Part shown: piece after piece, positions 30,758 to 40,365 of the stretch | Layout: the number at the start of each line of letters is the position of its first letter | Position numbering within the stretch: position 1 is the first letter of the stretch | IMG/VR virus record: IMGVR_UViG_3300025018_000105 | Direction: 5' to 3' (one strand) | DNA from: a virus | Length of the DNA stretch: 55,106 nt | The notes under the pieces: model-generated | What the model was told of the DNA's origin: nothing | Databases searched by the model: none | Seen by the model: the letters and a program-made list of their open reading frames with translations, nothing else | Translations under genes and position numbers: made by a program

Positions 30758-31009
30758 TCAAGCCTCTTCGAGTTCCAATTCTGCCGCCATCTGACGCATG
30801 AGATCGAGCCCGTAGGCATCAGCGTAGGCAATAAGGAGCGAAACGTAATACGGCGCTCCTTCGGCCTCCCAGCGGCGTGTGGTGCGCCCCAGCGAAGAGA
30901 AGCCCATCAAGCGATCGGTCTCCGGCTGGTCGAGCCCATGTCGTTCCCGGAAGGCCAGCACAGCCTCCTTGGGCGTCGAAGGTTTCTTGGGCGTTGGTCG
31001 TTCAGACAT
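30758..31009 (-). CDS. small HTH DNA-binding protein
   Basis: FRERHGLDQ..LMG..RTTRRWE. Confidence 0.7.
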   Translation of the reverse strand: MSERPTPKKPSTPKEAVLAFRERHGLDQPETDRLMGFSSLGRTTRRWEAEGAPYYVSLLIAYADAYGLDLMRQMAAELELEEA

Positions 31010-31619
31010 TGCACATTTCCTTACGTTGCTTGGCAAAGCGCTCGCGAACCTCATCCATCGAGATCGGAGCAAAGTCGGTATGTTCGGCCGAAACGCAAAG
31101 GTAGTCCGGATCGATTTCCTGCGTCACATAGGATTTACCACGCTCGGTGAAGTGGCGCTGTCGCATCACGCGTTCCGTGTGCAGGTGTCCATGCAGGTTA
31201 CCTCCCCAACGAGCGATCTCGCTAGGGTGGACGGGGATGTGGGAGCACAAGAACCCGTCGTATACCTTGTAGGCCGTGATCTCCTTGAAGAGCTTCGGGT
31301 AATCTTTGTGGTAAAGATCGTGGTTTCCCGAGCGAAGCCGCTTTTTGCCGTTGAGGCGCGGGATCACTTCGAGCAACGGATGGCGGCCGATCGTGACATC
31401 ACCCAAGATGTCCACCTTGTCGCCCGGACCAACGACCGCGTTCCAGCGATCGATCATATCTTCGTTCATCTGAGCAACGCGCTCGTAGGCTTCCTCGTCA
31501 CTCATGTCAGGATCGACTCGTCCCCAAAGCGGACGAACAGGGCCTCCGCCCGGCTGGGCGAATTTGACCATGCCGCGATGCCCAAAGTGGGTATCGGCGA
31601 TGAAGAAACGCTCAGCCAA
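31002..31619 (-). CDS. calcineurin-like metallophosphoesterase
   Basis: DTHFGH, LGD, GNHD, SHIP, HGHLH. Confidence 0.9.
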   Translation of the reverse strand: MAERFFIADTHFGHRGMVKFAQPGGGPVRPLWGRVDPDMSDEEAYERVAQMNEDMIDRWNAVVGPGDKVDILGDVTIGRHPLLEVIPRLNGKKRLRSGNHDLYHKDYPKLFKEITAYKVYDGFLCSHIPVHPSEIARWGGNLHGHLHTERVMRQRHFTERGKSYVTQEIDPDYLCVSAEHTDFAPISMDEVRERFAKQRKEMCNV

Positions 31620-32022
31620 TTTTGTGTGTCTTTATGTCGAGAAACTTGCCGGTCAAGCCAGCGTCGTCCCAGATAGCCCTGCATTTCCCGCAAGCGTGGG
31701 ATTGCACGCGATCATTCTGCACGAGGGTGATCGCGGTGCCCCAGCGCCCCTTCACTCGGTTCGCGCCGTAGTTCTCCGCCACCTTATCGGCGACCTGTGC
31801 TGCCTCTTCTTGAGACAGAATCCGAGTTTGGTCCCTTCCGAGGTAATTACCTTCCGCGTCGAGCCAGTAGCCGCTCCCCTCGGTAAACTCGTGATAGAAG
31901 TGCAGCCAGATACCACCACCGTCTAGCTTGGTCCCGCAATTCGGACACGAGCCGCGCTCGCTTGGTGGTAGTGTGGCGATAACGCTGTCGCCCATCATCG
32001 CGACACTATGGTAATCAGGCAT
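31612..32022 (-). CDS. Zn-ribbon hypothetical protein
   Basis: CPNC...CGKC; promoter at 32080. Confidence 0.7.
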   Translation of the reverse strand: MPDYHSVAMMGDSVIATLPPSERGSCPNCGTKLDGGGIWLHFYHEFTEGSGYWLDAEGNYLGRDQTRILSQEEAAQVADKVAENYGANRVKGRWGTAITLVQNDRVQSHACGKCRAIWDDAGLTGKFLDIKTHKIG

Positions 32023-32084
32023 AGCTCCCCTTTCAATTGGTTAACACCAACCTTTTAGGATAATACTTCCTGTGTGTCAACGCA

Positions 32085-32114
32085 AAACGCCTCGACATCA
32101 CTGCCGAGGCGTTT
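32085..32114. terminator. intrinsic terminator (possibly bidirectional)
   Basis: AAACGCCTCG/CGAGGCGTTT. Confidence 0.75.
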
Positions 32115-32138
32115 GCTGGGAAACACTAGAAGCGCGGG

Positions 32139-32612
32139 TCAGCCGTAAGGCGGTTCATCAAGATCATCGCGGTTACGACGACGACGTGACGGTGGCGCAT
32201 AACCGCCACCTTGCTCGTGCGCTTGCGGCCCGCTGGTGGGTAGGTCAAGTCCCGGCTTGTCGGTTTGACGACCCCATGCGGGCATTATGATGCGCCAAAG
32301 CTGGGCGAAGGTGTTGATCGGGTTTTCCTTGAACTCTTCGGATGCGTTGAATAGGCCGAAGATCACGTTCTCTGCCATCACGGCCGCGATGCCACAATAC
32401 AGGTAGACGTAAGGCGAATCCGAGAAGACGTGCCCTGTAAGGGCGGCCGCCGCCCCGCCGATGATGCACGAGGCAACTAGCTTAAACCATGAGCGGCGCG
32501 TTCCGGAAAGGATCGATTGCAGCAGAACGAGGCTGGCACCGGCGACGCCGATCCAGACAAGTTTCTGTGTTTGTTCATCACGCAGAGTAACAAGGATTGG
32601 ATCGAACGGCAT
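32139..32612 (-). CDS. 3-TM membrane protein (holin-like)
   Basis: Three hydrophobic helices, charged tail. Confidence 0.6.
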   Translation of the reverse strand: MPFDPILVTLRDEQTQKLVWIGVAGASLVLLQSILSGTRRSWFKLVASCIIGGAAAALTGHVFSDSPYVYLYCGIAAVMAENVIFGLFNASEEFKENPINTFAQLWRIIMPAWGRQTDKPGLDLPTSGPQAHEQGGGYAPPSRRRRNRDDLDEPPYG

Positions 32613-32968
32613 TATTTTTGGCCATCACCCCAGAAATAGGTTTCGAGAAGATTATCATGGATAAGAGTGAAATGGATGATGGCGTGCGCTACGGTCAGAA
32701 GCAGGCCAACGGTGGCGTGTAACCAGAACCACATTTGGATAACGGGCCCGGTGCCCCACACAGGGTCAAGTATGTATCCAAAGTTCGCGGCCGTGTGGAA
32801 AAGAGAGAAAATTGACGAAAAGGTTACCCAGACATAGATGATCGCGTTGCGACGACCTTGGAGGATGTCTTTTGGCTTAAATTTCCAGTTTGATCCTTTG
32901 CCAACCGCTGCGATTCCTGTGATTAGCGCGATAAGGCTCAGGATCGCGGCGAGGACGACAACGGTCAT
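32612..32968 (-). CDS. 3-TM membrane protein
   Basis: Hydrophobic helices, TAATG coupling. Confidence 0.65.
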   Translation of the reverse strand: MTVVVLAAILSLIALITGIAAVGKGSNWKFKPKDILQGRRNAIIYVWVTFSSIFSLFHTAANFGYILDPVWGTGPVIQMWFWLHATVGLLLTVAHAIIHFTLIHDNLLETYFWGDGQK

Positions 32969-33053
32969 TGCGGTGGCTCCGAGGGCTTGCGACCCGATGA
33001 ATTTGGGTGAGTGCCAAAGTATAGCAAAAATTGCTGTCTAAAGCAAGCTAATT

Positions 33054-33383
33054 TTAAGGCTGGAGAACCTTCTTCATCATTGTGCCGCCCTTGGCGGCCA
33101 ACCGGTAGGTTGATTTTGCGAGGTCACCGTATTTTGGAATTTCGCGATGAACTAAGCTATTGTCTTCTAAGGCTTGAAGGACCGCAGTCGTTGTGCAAGC
33201 TGGTAAGCGTAGTCGAGTCGCAATATTGGCTGCGCTTGGTGGGTAATTTGGGGCTTCAAGGCACATCATCTTGATGGCGCATAGCACCTCAAGTTCGACC
33301 ATTCCGTAACCACGTTTGGTGAAATAGCTCAGGCCGTAAACGAAACCGCTCAAGACCTTGGCATTGGCGGCATCGTCCATCAC
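33054..33383 (-). CDS. winged-helix DNA-binding protein
   Basis: PSAANIATRL..TTAVLQALEDNSLVHR. Confidence 0.6.
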   Translation of the reverse strand: MMDDAANAKVLSGFVYGLSYFTKRGYGMVELEVLCAIKMMCLEAPNYPPSAANIATRLRLPACTTTAVLQALEDNSLVHREIPKYGDLAKSTYRLAAKGGTMMKKVLQP

Positions 33384-33808
33384 AGTTCTTTTACAAGCTC
33401 ACCTGACCCGTAGACGGCATCCATTTCGGCCACATGGCGGCAAATTGCATCGTAGATCAGCGGCGCTCGCTGGGGAAGCTCAGCCCGCTCAAGACCAAGC
33501 GTGGGCTTGCCGCCCACATTGACGGGGATGACAATCGTCTTGTCTTCATCCAAAAGTTGCCAGACAGCCGCGATGTCGTCCAGAACGGTCAGCATATGCG
33601 AAGGGATGGAATCCGAGAAAAACGATTCCTTGCTCATGGCGGGCAGAATTTTTGTGGCAATCCCAATTGCATTCGGCTGGTTCCGGATGATAGCTTGTCC
33701 GCCCATGCCAAACCGTTTGGTGTTGTCGCCGAATACGAAGAACTTGTCCCGGTGGTCCTGACACAGTTCCCGCGTATACCAGCCGGTGAACAGAATTACA
33801 TTACCCAT
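33380..33808 (-). CDS. conserved phage protein (VFGDN..G.GGQA family)
   Basis: FVFGDNTKRFGMGGQAIIRNQPNAIGIATK. Confidence 0.75.
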   Translation of the reverse strand: MGNVILFTGWYTRELCQDHRDKFFVFGDNTKRFGMGGQAIIRNQPNAIGIATKILPAMSKESFFSDSIPSHMLTVLDDIAAVWQLLDEDKTIVIPVNVGGKPTLGLERAELPQRAPLIYDAICRHVAEMDAVYGSGELVKEL

Positions 33809-34056
33809 CAATATCCTCCTCAAGCCGAAAGTCGAAGTGCCCGAGTGTCTTGACATCAGACCACGCTTTGCGGATGATTAGGGCGTCTCGGTTTTCGGGC
33901 ATTTGTCGTTCCCAGCGGTTCATCATCGCTTCGCGCATGGCCATAACTCGCGAGTAGCGGGACTACTCGGGCCGTTATTCTGCCACCAAAGAATGCTCAT
34001 AGATGACGCGATAGCATCATCCAGATCATCTTCGGAATATGAAATGTAGTCCACGA

Positions 34057-35298
34057 TCAGCCCTTCACGTTGAGGATTTGACGAAGACGGTGAACGACAT
34101 CGACCAGATCATCCTGAGCGTCCATCACAGCACCGATCGGCTTGTAAGCAGCCGGGCTTTCGTCGATCACATCAGCATCCAGTCGAGCCTCGATGCCCTG
34201 CATCGCTTCGCGGTGCTGGTCGAGCGTAATCATCTTCTTGGCCTTGACACGACTCATCACACGGCCAGCGCCGTGGCTGCACGAGTGAAAAGCTTGGGGG
34301 TTGCCCTTACCACGCACGATGAAGCTTCCGGTGCCCATGGAGCCCGGAATGATGCCCAGCGTGCCCTCACGCGCCTGCACAGCGCCCTTACGGGTCACCC
34401 AGACGTTCTCACCATAGTGGTTCTCACGCGTGACGTAATTGTGGTGGCATTCAACAGCGGCCGTCTCCACGAGGTGAGGTGGGAGCGTCTGACGCATCAC
34501 ACGCAGCACGGCTTCGAGCATCACGCGGCGATTGGCCAACGCGAAATCCTGCGCCCAGCCCACGGCGTTGACGTAATCGTCATAGACTTCCGTGTGCTCC
34601 ACGAGGTAACTCAGATCGGAGTCCGGGAGATAGGCGGCGATATGGTAGCGCTCCATCTCGCGCTTCGCCTGCTCGATGAAATAGCTTCCGATCGAGTTAC
34701 CAATACCACGCGACCCCGAGTGCAGCATGACCCACACACGGTCTTCTTCATCGAGACAGATTTCGATGAAGTGGTTGCCGGTGCCGAGCGTCCCCATGTG
34801 ATGCGACGGATCGCGGCGCTGTTCGATCTTCGGGTGCTTTTCGATAATGGCGCTGTAGCGCTCATACAATCCCTTAAATGCCTCTTCGGCATCACGCGTC
34901 GGCGTGGTGTGCGAACCGGGGTCAGCACCCCGACGGATTTGATCCATCGAGCCGCGCCCGTGCGGGACCGCAGCCTCGATCATGCCGCGAATATGCGACA
35001 GGCTGTCCGGGAAATCGTTTGAGGTGAGTGTGGTCCGAGCGGCCATCATTCCGCATCCGATGTCAACCCCAACAGCAGCAGGAATGATGGCACCCTTGGT
35101 CGCGATGACGGTGCCCACGGTCGAGCCCTTGCCCGCGTGAGCATCCGGCATCACAGCGACATGCTTGTGGATAAACGGCATCCGGGCCATGTTCTCAATC
35201 TGGGAAACGGCCTCATCTTCGAAGGGGTAGCCTTCCGGCTCCCACATCTTGATCAACTTCCTGCGCCCGAAAGCGTCTTCGACTTGATGGACTCGCAC
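34057..35298 (-). CDS. rtcB: RNA 3'-phosphate/5'-OH ligase RtcB
   Basis: MPDAHAGKG, VGVDIGCG, GTLGTGNHF, HSGSRG, HHNY, PGSMG, SHGAGR, DESPAAYK. Confidence 0.96.
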   Translation of the reverse strand: MRVHQVEDAFGRRKLIKMWEPEGYPFEDEAVSQIENMARMPFIHKHVAVMPDAHAGKGSTVGTVIATKGAIIPAAVGVDIGCGMMAARTTLTSNDFPDSLSHIRGMIEAAVPHGRGSMDQIRRGADPGSHTTPTRDAEEAFKGLYERYSAIIEKHPKIEQRRDPSHHMGTLGTGNHFIEICLDEEDRVWVMLHSGSRGIGNSIGSYFIEQAKREMERYHIAAYLPDSDLSYLVEHTEVYDDYVNAVGWAQDFALANRRVMLEAVLRVMRQTLPPHLVETAAVECHHNYVTRENHYGENVWVTRKGAVQAREGTLGIIPGSMGTGSFIVRGKGNPQAFHSCSHGAGRVMSRVKAKKMITLDQHREAMQGIEARLDADVIDESPAAYKPIGAVMDAQDDLVDVVHRLRQILNVKG

Positions 35299-35372
35299 AG
35301 GACCTCCTCTTGAACCAGATTGTTTCGGTTCCGGTTCACTATGACAATCCGCACTTTACGTCAAGGAAATTT

Positions 35373-38300
35373 TTAATCTCCGCGAATCCGGATCGCTTTG
35401 ATCGTTTCCTCAGGCATCGCGTCGATGTCAAGCCCCTTACGTTCCTTCAAGGTCTCGCGAACCTCAGCAAGCGGCGGGAAGATGAAGCAGCGTTTCTTGT
35501 TGGTCTGTCCATCCATCTGGACGAGCATTTCACGAGCACCGAACCAATCTGTGACCACGCTTGCGATGTCGTCGTAGCTGGCCTTGGCCCGATCAGACTG
35601 GAACTTGAAGCGCATGTAGTCCTCGATCGCACCCCGCACGGTGATGGCGAACACTTTGGTTTCGCTGTCTGTCGAAAGCTCGATCGGCTCGAATCGCTCG
35701 TCAGTCGGCTCGTAAACACCGGACTTGACCAGTTCAAGCATGAACTTCTGGAGCCCCGAAAGTGTCTCCACCTGTTGCTGTTGCAGGTAAGGCGTATGTG
35801 GCGGCGTGAACAGCACACCAAAAGTGCCTCCGTGTGGTTCCCAGTTCATGAGATCGTAGAGCATGGCTTCGAGCCCGCCCTTCTTCTCCATCTGGGTGCG
35901 AACGTCCTCCCAGAACTGGATGTCGCCACGCCGCTGGTTACCGCACCGAATCACAAAGAAGCGCCGTTCGTCTTTGAGAGAGGCCGGGACAACCCAGTCG
36001 TTGTTTGAGATCAATGCAAGGCGCGTGTAGTTCTGCGACTGGATCGGATCATAGCCCTTCTTTTCGATCAGCACGCTCTTGTTAGTGATCATGTCCTTGA
36101 GCACACCTTCGGCTTGTGGATCGGCCGCCCAGAACGCTTCCTCGCAGACCATAAGCAAGCAAGTTGCAAGGTGGCCATTGAACTGACCGACTATCTGTTT
36201 TCGCTGTGATACGGTGATACCGCAGCGACCGAGAAGTTGATTCAGGAAGTCGAATAAGGTGGACTTACCGGTCCCCTTGTCGCCGGTAATCACCACGGTA
36301 GAACCGGGCTTGGAGTCCGGGCGTTGAAAAAGCTGGGCCATCCAAGTCATGAACCAGTCGAACCATTCGTCGTTGTTTTCGCAAATGTTCTGGTAGAGGT
36401 GACCACGCAGCATCGACCAATCACCTTGGACAGGTTTGTCGTGGTTTTCCATCGGCTCTTTCCACGTCGTTTCCACGGGGTCATAGGGCCAACCACGGAA
36501 CAGGTTGTAGACATCCTTGGGCGTCTTGCGCCCCGGTGCGAAGACCACCGAGCGATAGGTGCGACGCTGATCCCACTCAAGCCAGCGCGAGAAAGCCTGA
36601 ACTTTCTGCACCGAAGTGCCTCCCTGCTTGTTCTTCTGTTCGATGAACAAGACGCGGGTTTTCTCGAAGAGCGACACATCGTTCTGAGTTTCGAATAACA
36701 CGTCTTCGTCGGGGGTTCGCGGCTCTACGAGAATACGCACACCACCAGCCGTCCGAATAACGGCGTAGCGCCGGTTGAACGCCTTGAGCATCGAGACTTC
36801 ATCGTCGCCGAAGTCATCATCGGCGACCTGTTGATCGTGCTCGGCCTCCCGCGCTTCGTCCGATAGCTGAGTGTGTCGCTTCTGCCGCGCGGGTTGGTGC
36901 CCGAACTTGGATTCCGGTTGGTCGTCCTCTTCCTCTTCCTCAAGCTCGATCATAAACTCGGGGTTGGACAAGTCCTCCCATGTGATTACCTCTTGCTCCA
37001 GCAACTCTCGAAGAAAGTCCAAGCGATCGCGGCCGGAGCACGCATCGTGGACGCAGGTGAAGGTAAACCCAGAATCGTAGCCTTCTTCGATATTGTCCGA
37101 AGCGCTGACTACGAACGTGCCCATACCACCGAAACTGGAATGCTCGGCTTCGAAGGGACACTCGACGTGGACACCGGGCTTGCCACCCCGATCCTCGCGG
37201 ATGAAATCGCCGCCGATGCACTCATCAAGCATCACTTCAATCTCGAACTTGTGAGCATATTTCTTCGCCCAGCTAAGGAGGCTCTTTCCGTCATAACTGT
37301 AACGGTCGCGGTCTTCGTCATCACTCGCCGATTCACCACCCGATGCATCTGTGAACGCGTTGGCCGCGTCAGTGCCGCGTTGGTTCTTGCGACGACGACT
37401 GATCTTCACTCGATCGTAATCATCAAGGTCGAGCGGATCACCGACAATTAGCCACGAGCCATGCTTCGTGTCGCCTTTGGGGTGACGTGGTAAATAGAAC
37501 AGACGCGCCGGATCGACGCACTTTTCGTCGAAGAAGAGCCCGAGTTCGGTGCAGAAGCCAGCGTAGCGTTCCTTCCATTCCGCAATGGCGTCTTTCTGGG
37601 TTCCGCCTCGTTTGGCGAAGACAAAGCTTTCCTTGAGCGGGAAGACCGCCCGGAACTTCGGCATCGGCTTGTGCTTGACTAGGATTACGATACCTTCCTC
37701 GGAGTGATGAGCGTCATCAAGCACTTCGATGTTTTCGACGATCGCAGGCAGGATGCCTTTCCACTCGATCAGGTAATCGCGGATGAGGTCTGGGTCCGCC
37801 TCGGTCGCATCCATCTTCTTCATGAAGTGGTCGCGTTTGATGACGCTGGTATCCTTCATGTGGCTGTGGGTGGTGTAGATCACCGCCTCAAGCCCATGCT
37901 TCTGGATCGTGTGCATCACCTCTTCGAGTGGAGCCCCGGAGTCTAGGTCCACGCCTAGAATTTCGTTGGCGACCATAGCGACCGCCTTACGTGTCCCGCC
38001 AGCAGCTTCACCTTGCAGGAAGCATGGACCATCCTTCTTGCCCGCTTGGTGATCTCGCAGCGCCGATGTGAACTGACCGAAGGTCGAAGCGACCGGCTTC
38101 CACTTGCCCTGATACTCGGAGCGGTTGCGGCCCGTCATCAACGTGATCGCACGCGTGGCGGCCTTGGTCGTCACGTCCAGATCATCGAAATCATACCATG
38201 GAATGTCATCGATCGAGCCAGCCTTGTCGATCGCTTCCTTGAGATCAACCAAGGGTAGCCAGTGAAAGTCCTGCTTGTCGCAGGTGATTGGATCGCCGTC

Positions 38301-38555
38301 CAACAGATAAACAGCGCCGTCTTCGAGCGCAACGGTCGGCTCGTTTATGAGAGCGTCGGCCTTACCGGCAACGAACATACCGATGGCTTCGCCCTTGTCG
38401 GTGACAAGATCGATCCATGGGTCATCACACTTGCTGGCATATTGGCCAACTTTGATGAGGTCGTTGCTGGAAAAGATTTCACCGTCATCATTGAGAACCG
38501 AGACGGCACCGGTAGTGTTTGCGAACAGGTCGCAGATAAGTTCTGTCAGGTGCAT
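35373..38555 (-). CDS. primase-helicase (AEP-type N-terminus, SF3/DUF5906 helicase C-terminus)
   Basis: VDLD, YTTHSH, RLFY, CPF..H Zn motif, GDKGTGKST, FNGHL, RRFFV. Confidence 0.85.
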   Translation of the reverse strand: MHLTELICDLFANTTGAVSVLNDDGEIFSSNDLIKVGQYASKCDDPWIDLVTDKGEAIGMFVAGKADALINEPTVALEDGAVYLLDGDPITCDKQDFHWLPLVDLKEAIDKAGSIDDIPWYDFDDLDVTTKAATRAITLMTGRNRSEYQGKWKPVASTFGQFTSALRDHQAGKKDGPCFLQGEAAGGTRKAVAMVANEILGVDLDSGAPLEEVMHTIQKHGLEAVIYTTHSHMKDTSVIKRDHFMKKMDATEADPDLIRDYLIEWKGILPAIVENIEVLDDAHHSEEGIVILVKHKPMPKFRAVFPLKESFVFAKRGGTQKDAIAEWKERYAGFCTELGLFFDEKCVDPARLFYLPRHPKGDTKHGSWLIVGDPLDLDDYDRVKISRRRKNQRGTDAANAFTDASGGESASDDEDRDRYSYDGKSLLSWAKKYAHKFEIEVMLDECIGGDFIREDRGGKPGVHVECPFEAEHSSFGGMGTFVVSASDNIEEGYDSGFTFTCVHDACSGRDRLDFLRELLEQEVITWEDLSNPEFMIELEEEEEDDQPESKFGHQPARQKRHTQLSDEAREAEHDQQVADDDFGDDEVSMLKAFNRRYAVIRTAGGVRILVEPRTPDEDVLFETQNDVSLFEKTRVLFIEQKNKQGGTSVQKVQAFSRWLEWDQRRTYRSVVFAPGRKTPKDVYNLFRGWPYDPVETTWKEPMENHDKPVQGDWSMLRGHLYQNICENNDEWFDWFMTWMAQLFQRPDSKPGSTVVITGDKGTGKSTLFDFLNQLLGRCGITVSQRKQIVGQFNGHLATCLLMVCEEAFWAADPQAEGVLKDMITNKSVLIEKKGYDPIQSQNYTRLALISNNDWVVPASLKDERRFFVIRCGNQRRGDIQFWEDVRTQMEKKGGLEAMLYDLMNWEPHGGTFGVLFTPPHTPYLQQQQVETLSGLQKFMLELVKSGVYEPTDERFEPIELSTDSETKVFAITVRGAIEDYMRFKFQSDRAKASYDDIASVVTDWFGAREMLVQMDGQTNKKRCFIFPPLAEVRETLKERKGLDIDAMPEETIKAIRIRGD

Positions 38556-38995
38556 GGAAGGCCTTCAACTTTGTGGGCGGTCACCGGGCCACCAGTTGCT
38601 TTGTCATGCCGAGAAGCGGCCATCACGGCTTCTTCGGCAGTGGCTCCGTGAGCCATAGCGCCCATCGCGATGAGAGCGCCTGATCCGATTGCGGTGTAAT
38701 CGGCGTGAACAGGGACAAGGTATCCGCTGTCAAACTCGTGTGCGAGACCGTTGGGAGCGACGATCAGTGCGGCAAACTTGTCTTGGTTATCGAGAAGCTG
38801 TTCTGGGACTTCATTTGGGTCACAACCAGCCCGAACCCACTCTTCGAGAATTGGTCGAACCCATGTGACTCCGGCCATCGCAACCAGATAGTCCCCACAC
38901 CGCTCGATCTTGTCACGTTCCCCATTTGTGATTGTATTGTAGGCAATCAGCGTGTCTGCGGCCAACACGCCGGATCGATAAGCGATGGTAGTCAT
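38546..38995 (-). CDS. Ntn-hydrolase (HslV/proteasome beta-like) protein
   Basis: MTTIAY..LAADT, AIGSG, D..TGG. Confidence 0.75.
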   Translation of the reverse strand: MTTIAYRSGVLAADTLIAYNTITNGERDKIERCGDYLVAMAGVTWVRPILEEWVRAGCDPNEVPEQLLDNQDKFAALIVAPNGLAHEFDSGYLVPVHADYTAIGSGALIAMGAMAHGATAEEAVMAASRHDKATGGPVTAHKVEGLPCT

Positions 38996-39129
38996 GTAAG
39001 GTCCTTGTCGGGAAAGGCGCTTATATTGTTACCGAAATGTGCCCTTGATGTCAAGCTAAAATTGCGGTTGTCAGGTCGTTGTATCCGCAGAAGTCCATGA
39101 CAGCCCACCTTGTTCATCAACCAGAAAGT

Positions 39130-39168
39130 AAAGACCCGCCTCGACGCTTTTCAGCGGAGGCGGGCCTG
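39130..39168 (-). terminator. intrinsic terminator ending the RNA island
   Basis: CCCGCCTC/GAGGCGGG stem plus T-rich tail on - strand. Confidence 0.7.
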
Positions 39169-39169
39169 T

Positions 39170-39680
39170 GCGTCTCGGATCATCGAAAGCGGAGACAAAC
39201 GTATCTCCGAGACGCGGTGACTGGCGGGCTTGCCGGGCCTGTCTTGCCCTCACTCACACCTTCATCGCCAATCGGTTCTCCCCGCTTAGGCTCTGGTTTA
39301 AGCTAGTCTGCAATCAGACAACTACCCGATAATTGGTCCCCGGACGAGGATTCGAACCTCGATACTACTGTAGAAGAGCAACCTTAGGGACGAACAGAAA
39401 CTTCCCTTATACGCTGTCTCTTCAAGAGCATCAGCACCACAAGCAGAGGTCGATTTAGCCGTTAAACTACCTTCTGTCTGTTCTGGCTTTACGCCACAGA
39501 AGGCTAAACCTCTATACCCGGCTGACCGGTGTTAGACGATAATTACTATCTTCATCAGCCCTGACCAATCTCCACGCACCATAGGCCGTTTCCATGGTCG
39601 GCTACCTTTGACCCGCTTCCACGATTTTTCGCCCGTCGGCTAGATCAGGTCTGACGAAGAGAGTGATTCGCTTCGTTGGA
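39170..39680 (-). ncRNA. large structured RNA candidate (GOLLD-like) with an embedded partial tRNA
   Basis: Own promoter (39712) and terminator, no good ORF, many hairpins, anticodon arm/T-arm/CCA at about 39334-39385. Confidence 0.5.
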
Positions 39681-39724
39681 TTGCTGATAGGACAATTTGT
39701 CTGTCCTGTCAACATCTAATTTCA

Positions 39725-39950
39725 ATCCCGGTGGTAGGCTGCTGCTTGCCGGGCCTCACGCGTATTGTCGGCTCCTACCTTCAACACCGTCGTCTTTGTG
39801 GCTTCCGACGGTGTAGCGCATCCAATAGTTGCCACGCGCTCCAACTTGGCGGACCCCAATTGCAAGCAATCTCGTCGCCTCACACTCAACCGGTAGCGAT
39901 CCGGCCTTATTGTATGACACTCGCGCATACTCGTAGGGGGTGCAGGGGCC
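39725..39950 (-). ncRNA. second structured RNA candidate, paralogous to the 3' part of 39170-39680
   Basis: Shared TGAAGGT and AGGCCCGGCAAGC motifs with a covarying helix. Confidence 0.45.
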
Positions 39951-39960
39951 ATAAAACTGA

Positions 39961-40310
39961 GTGGCCCGTCCTGTTGCTACGTGGAGCCATACGCCACCTA
40001 CGGAGTTGATCGCCGCAGGAATTTTGTCGCTTACGCGGCGAGGCGAACCTCATCACGGGCGACGACAACAGCGTTGTCGTTGACAGTTACGTCGTTGACC
40101 TGTCAAAGTCGGTCATGCTTGATCGCGTTCTCATTTCATCGGGCCAATCGATCCTAATTCGCCCCCATCAAGAACAGCCAGAACGTGGTTTTACCATTCG
40201 CTCTCGTGTAACAGCGTCCGGACGCCGGTTCCCGCTGGCTGCTCATGGTGGAGGCGGCGGGCTCTGCCCCCGCGTCTTGACCAAAATCAAATCGATCGAA
40301 TTACGATCAT
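39961..40310 (-). ncRNA. ssrA: circularly permuted two-piece tmRNA (alphaproteobacterial type)
   Basis: Acceptor piece ends CGCCTCCACCA at 40246; hairpin IVS; coding piece starts GGGGGCG at 40166 (G3:U70); tag ORF 40084-40031 VNDNAVVVARDEVRLAA*. Confidence 0.9.
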
Positions 40311-40365
40311 GTGATAATCATGTCAGATTGATTCGCGTATGTCAAGCAAAAAATGCTGACAACTC

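Noticed and set aside
34039-35022. 327-aa + strand ORF
   Set aside because: Antisense shadow of rtcB; the same applies to 12386-13318, 17031-17783 and 50048-51654.
39725-39790. SRP (4.5S) RNA
   Set aside because: AGGCCC-GGCA-AGC-AGCAGCC resembles helix 8, but the apical stem does not pair and there is no long SRP hairpin.
39880-39950. HDV-like/theta ribozyme after tmRNA
   Set aside because: I could not build a consistent P1/P2/P3 nested double pseudoknot by eye.
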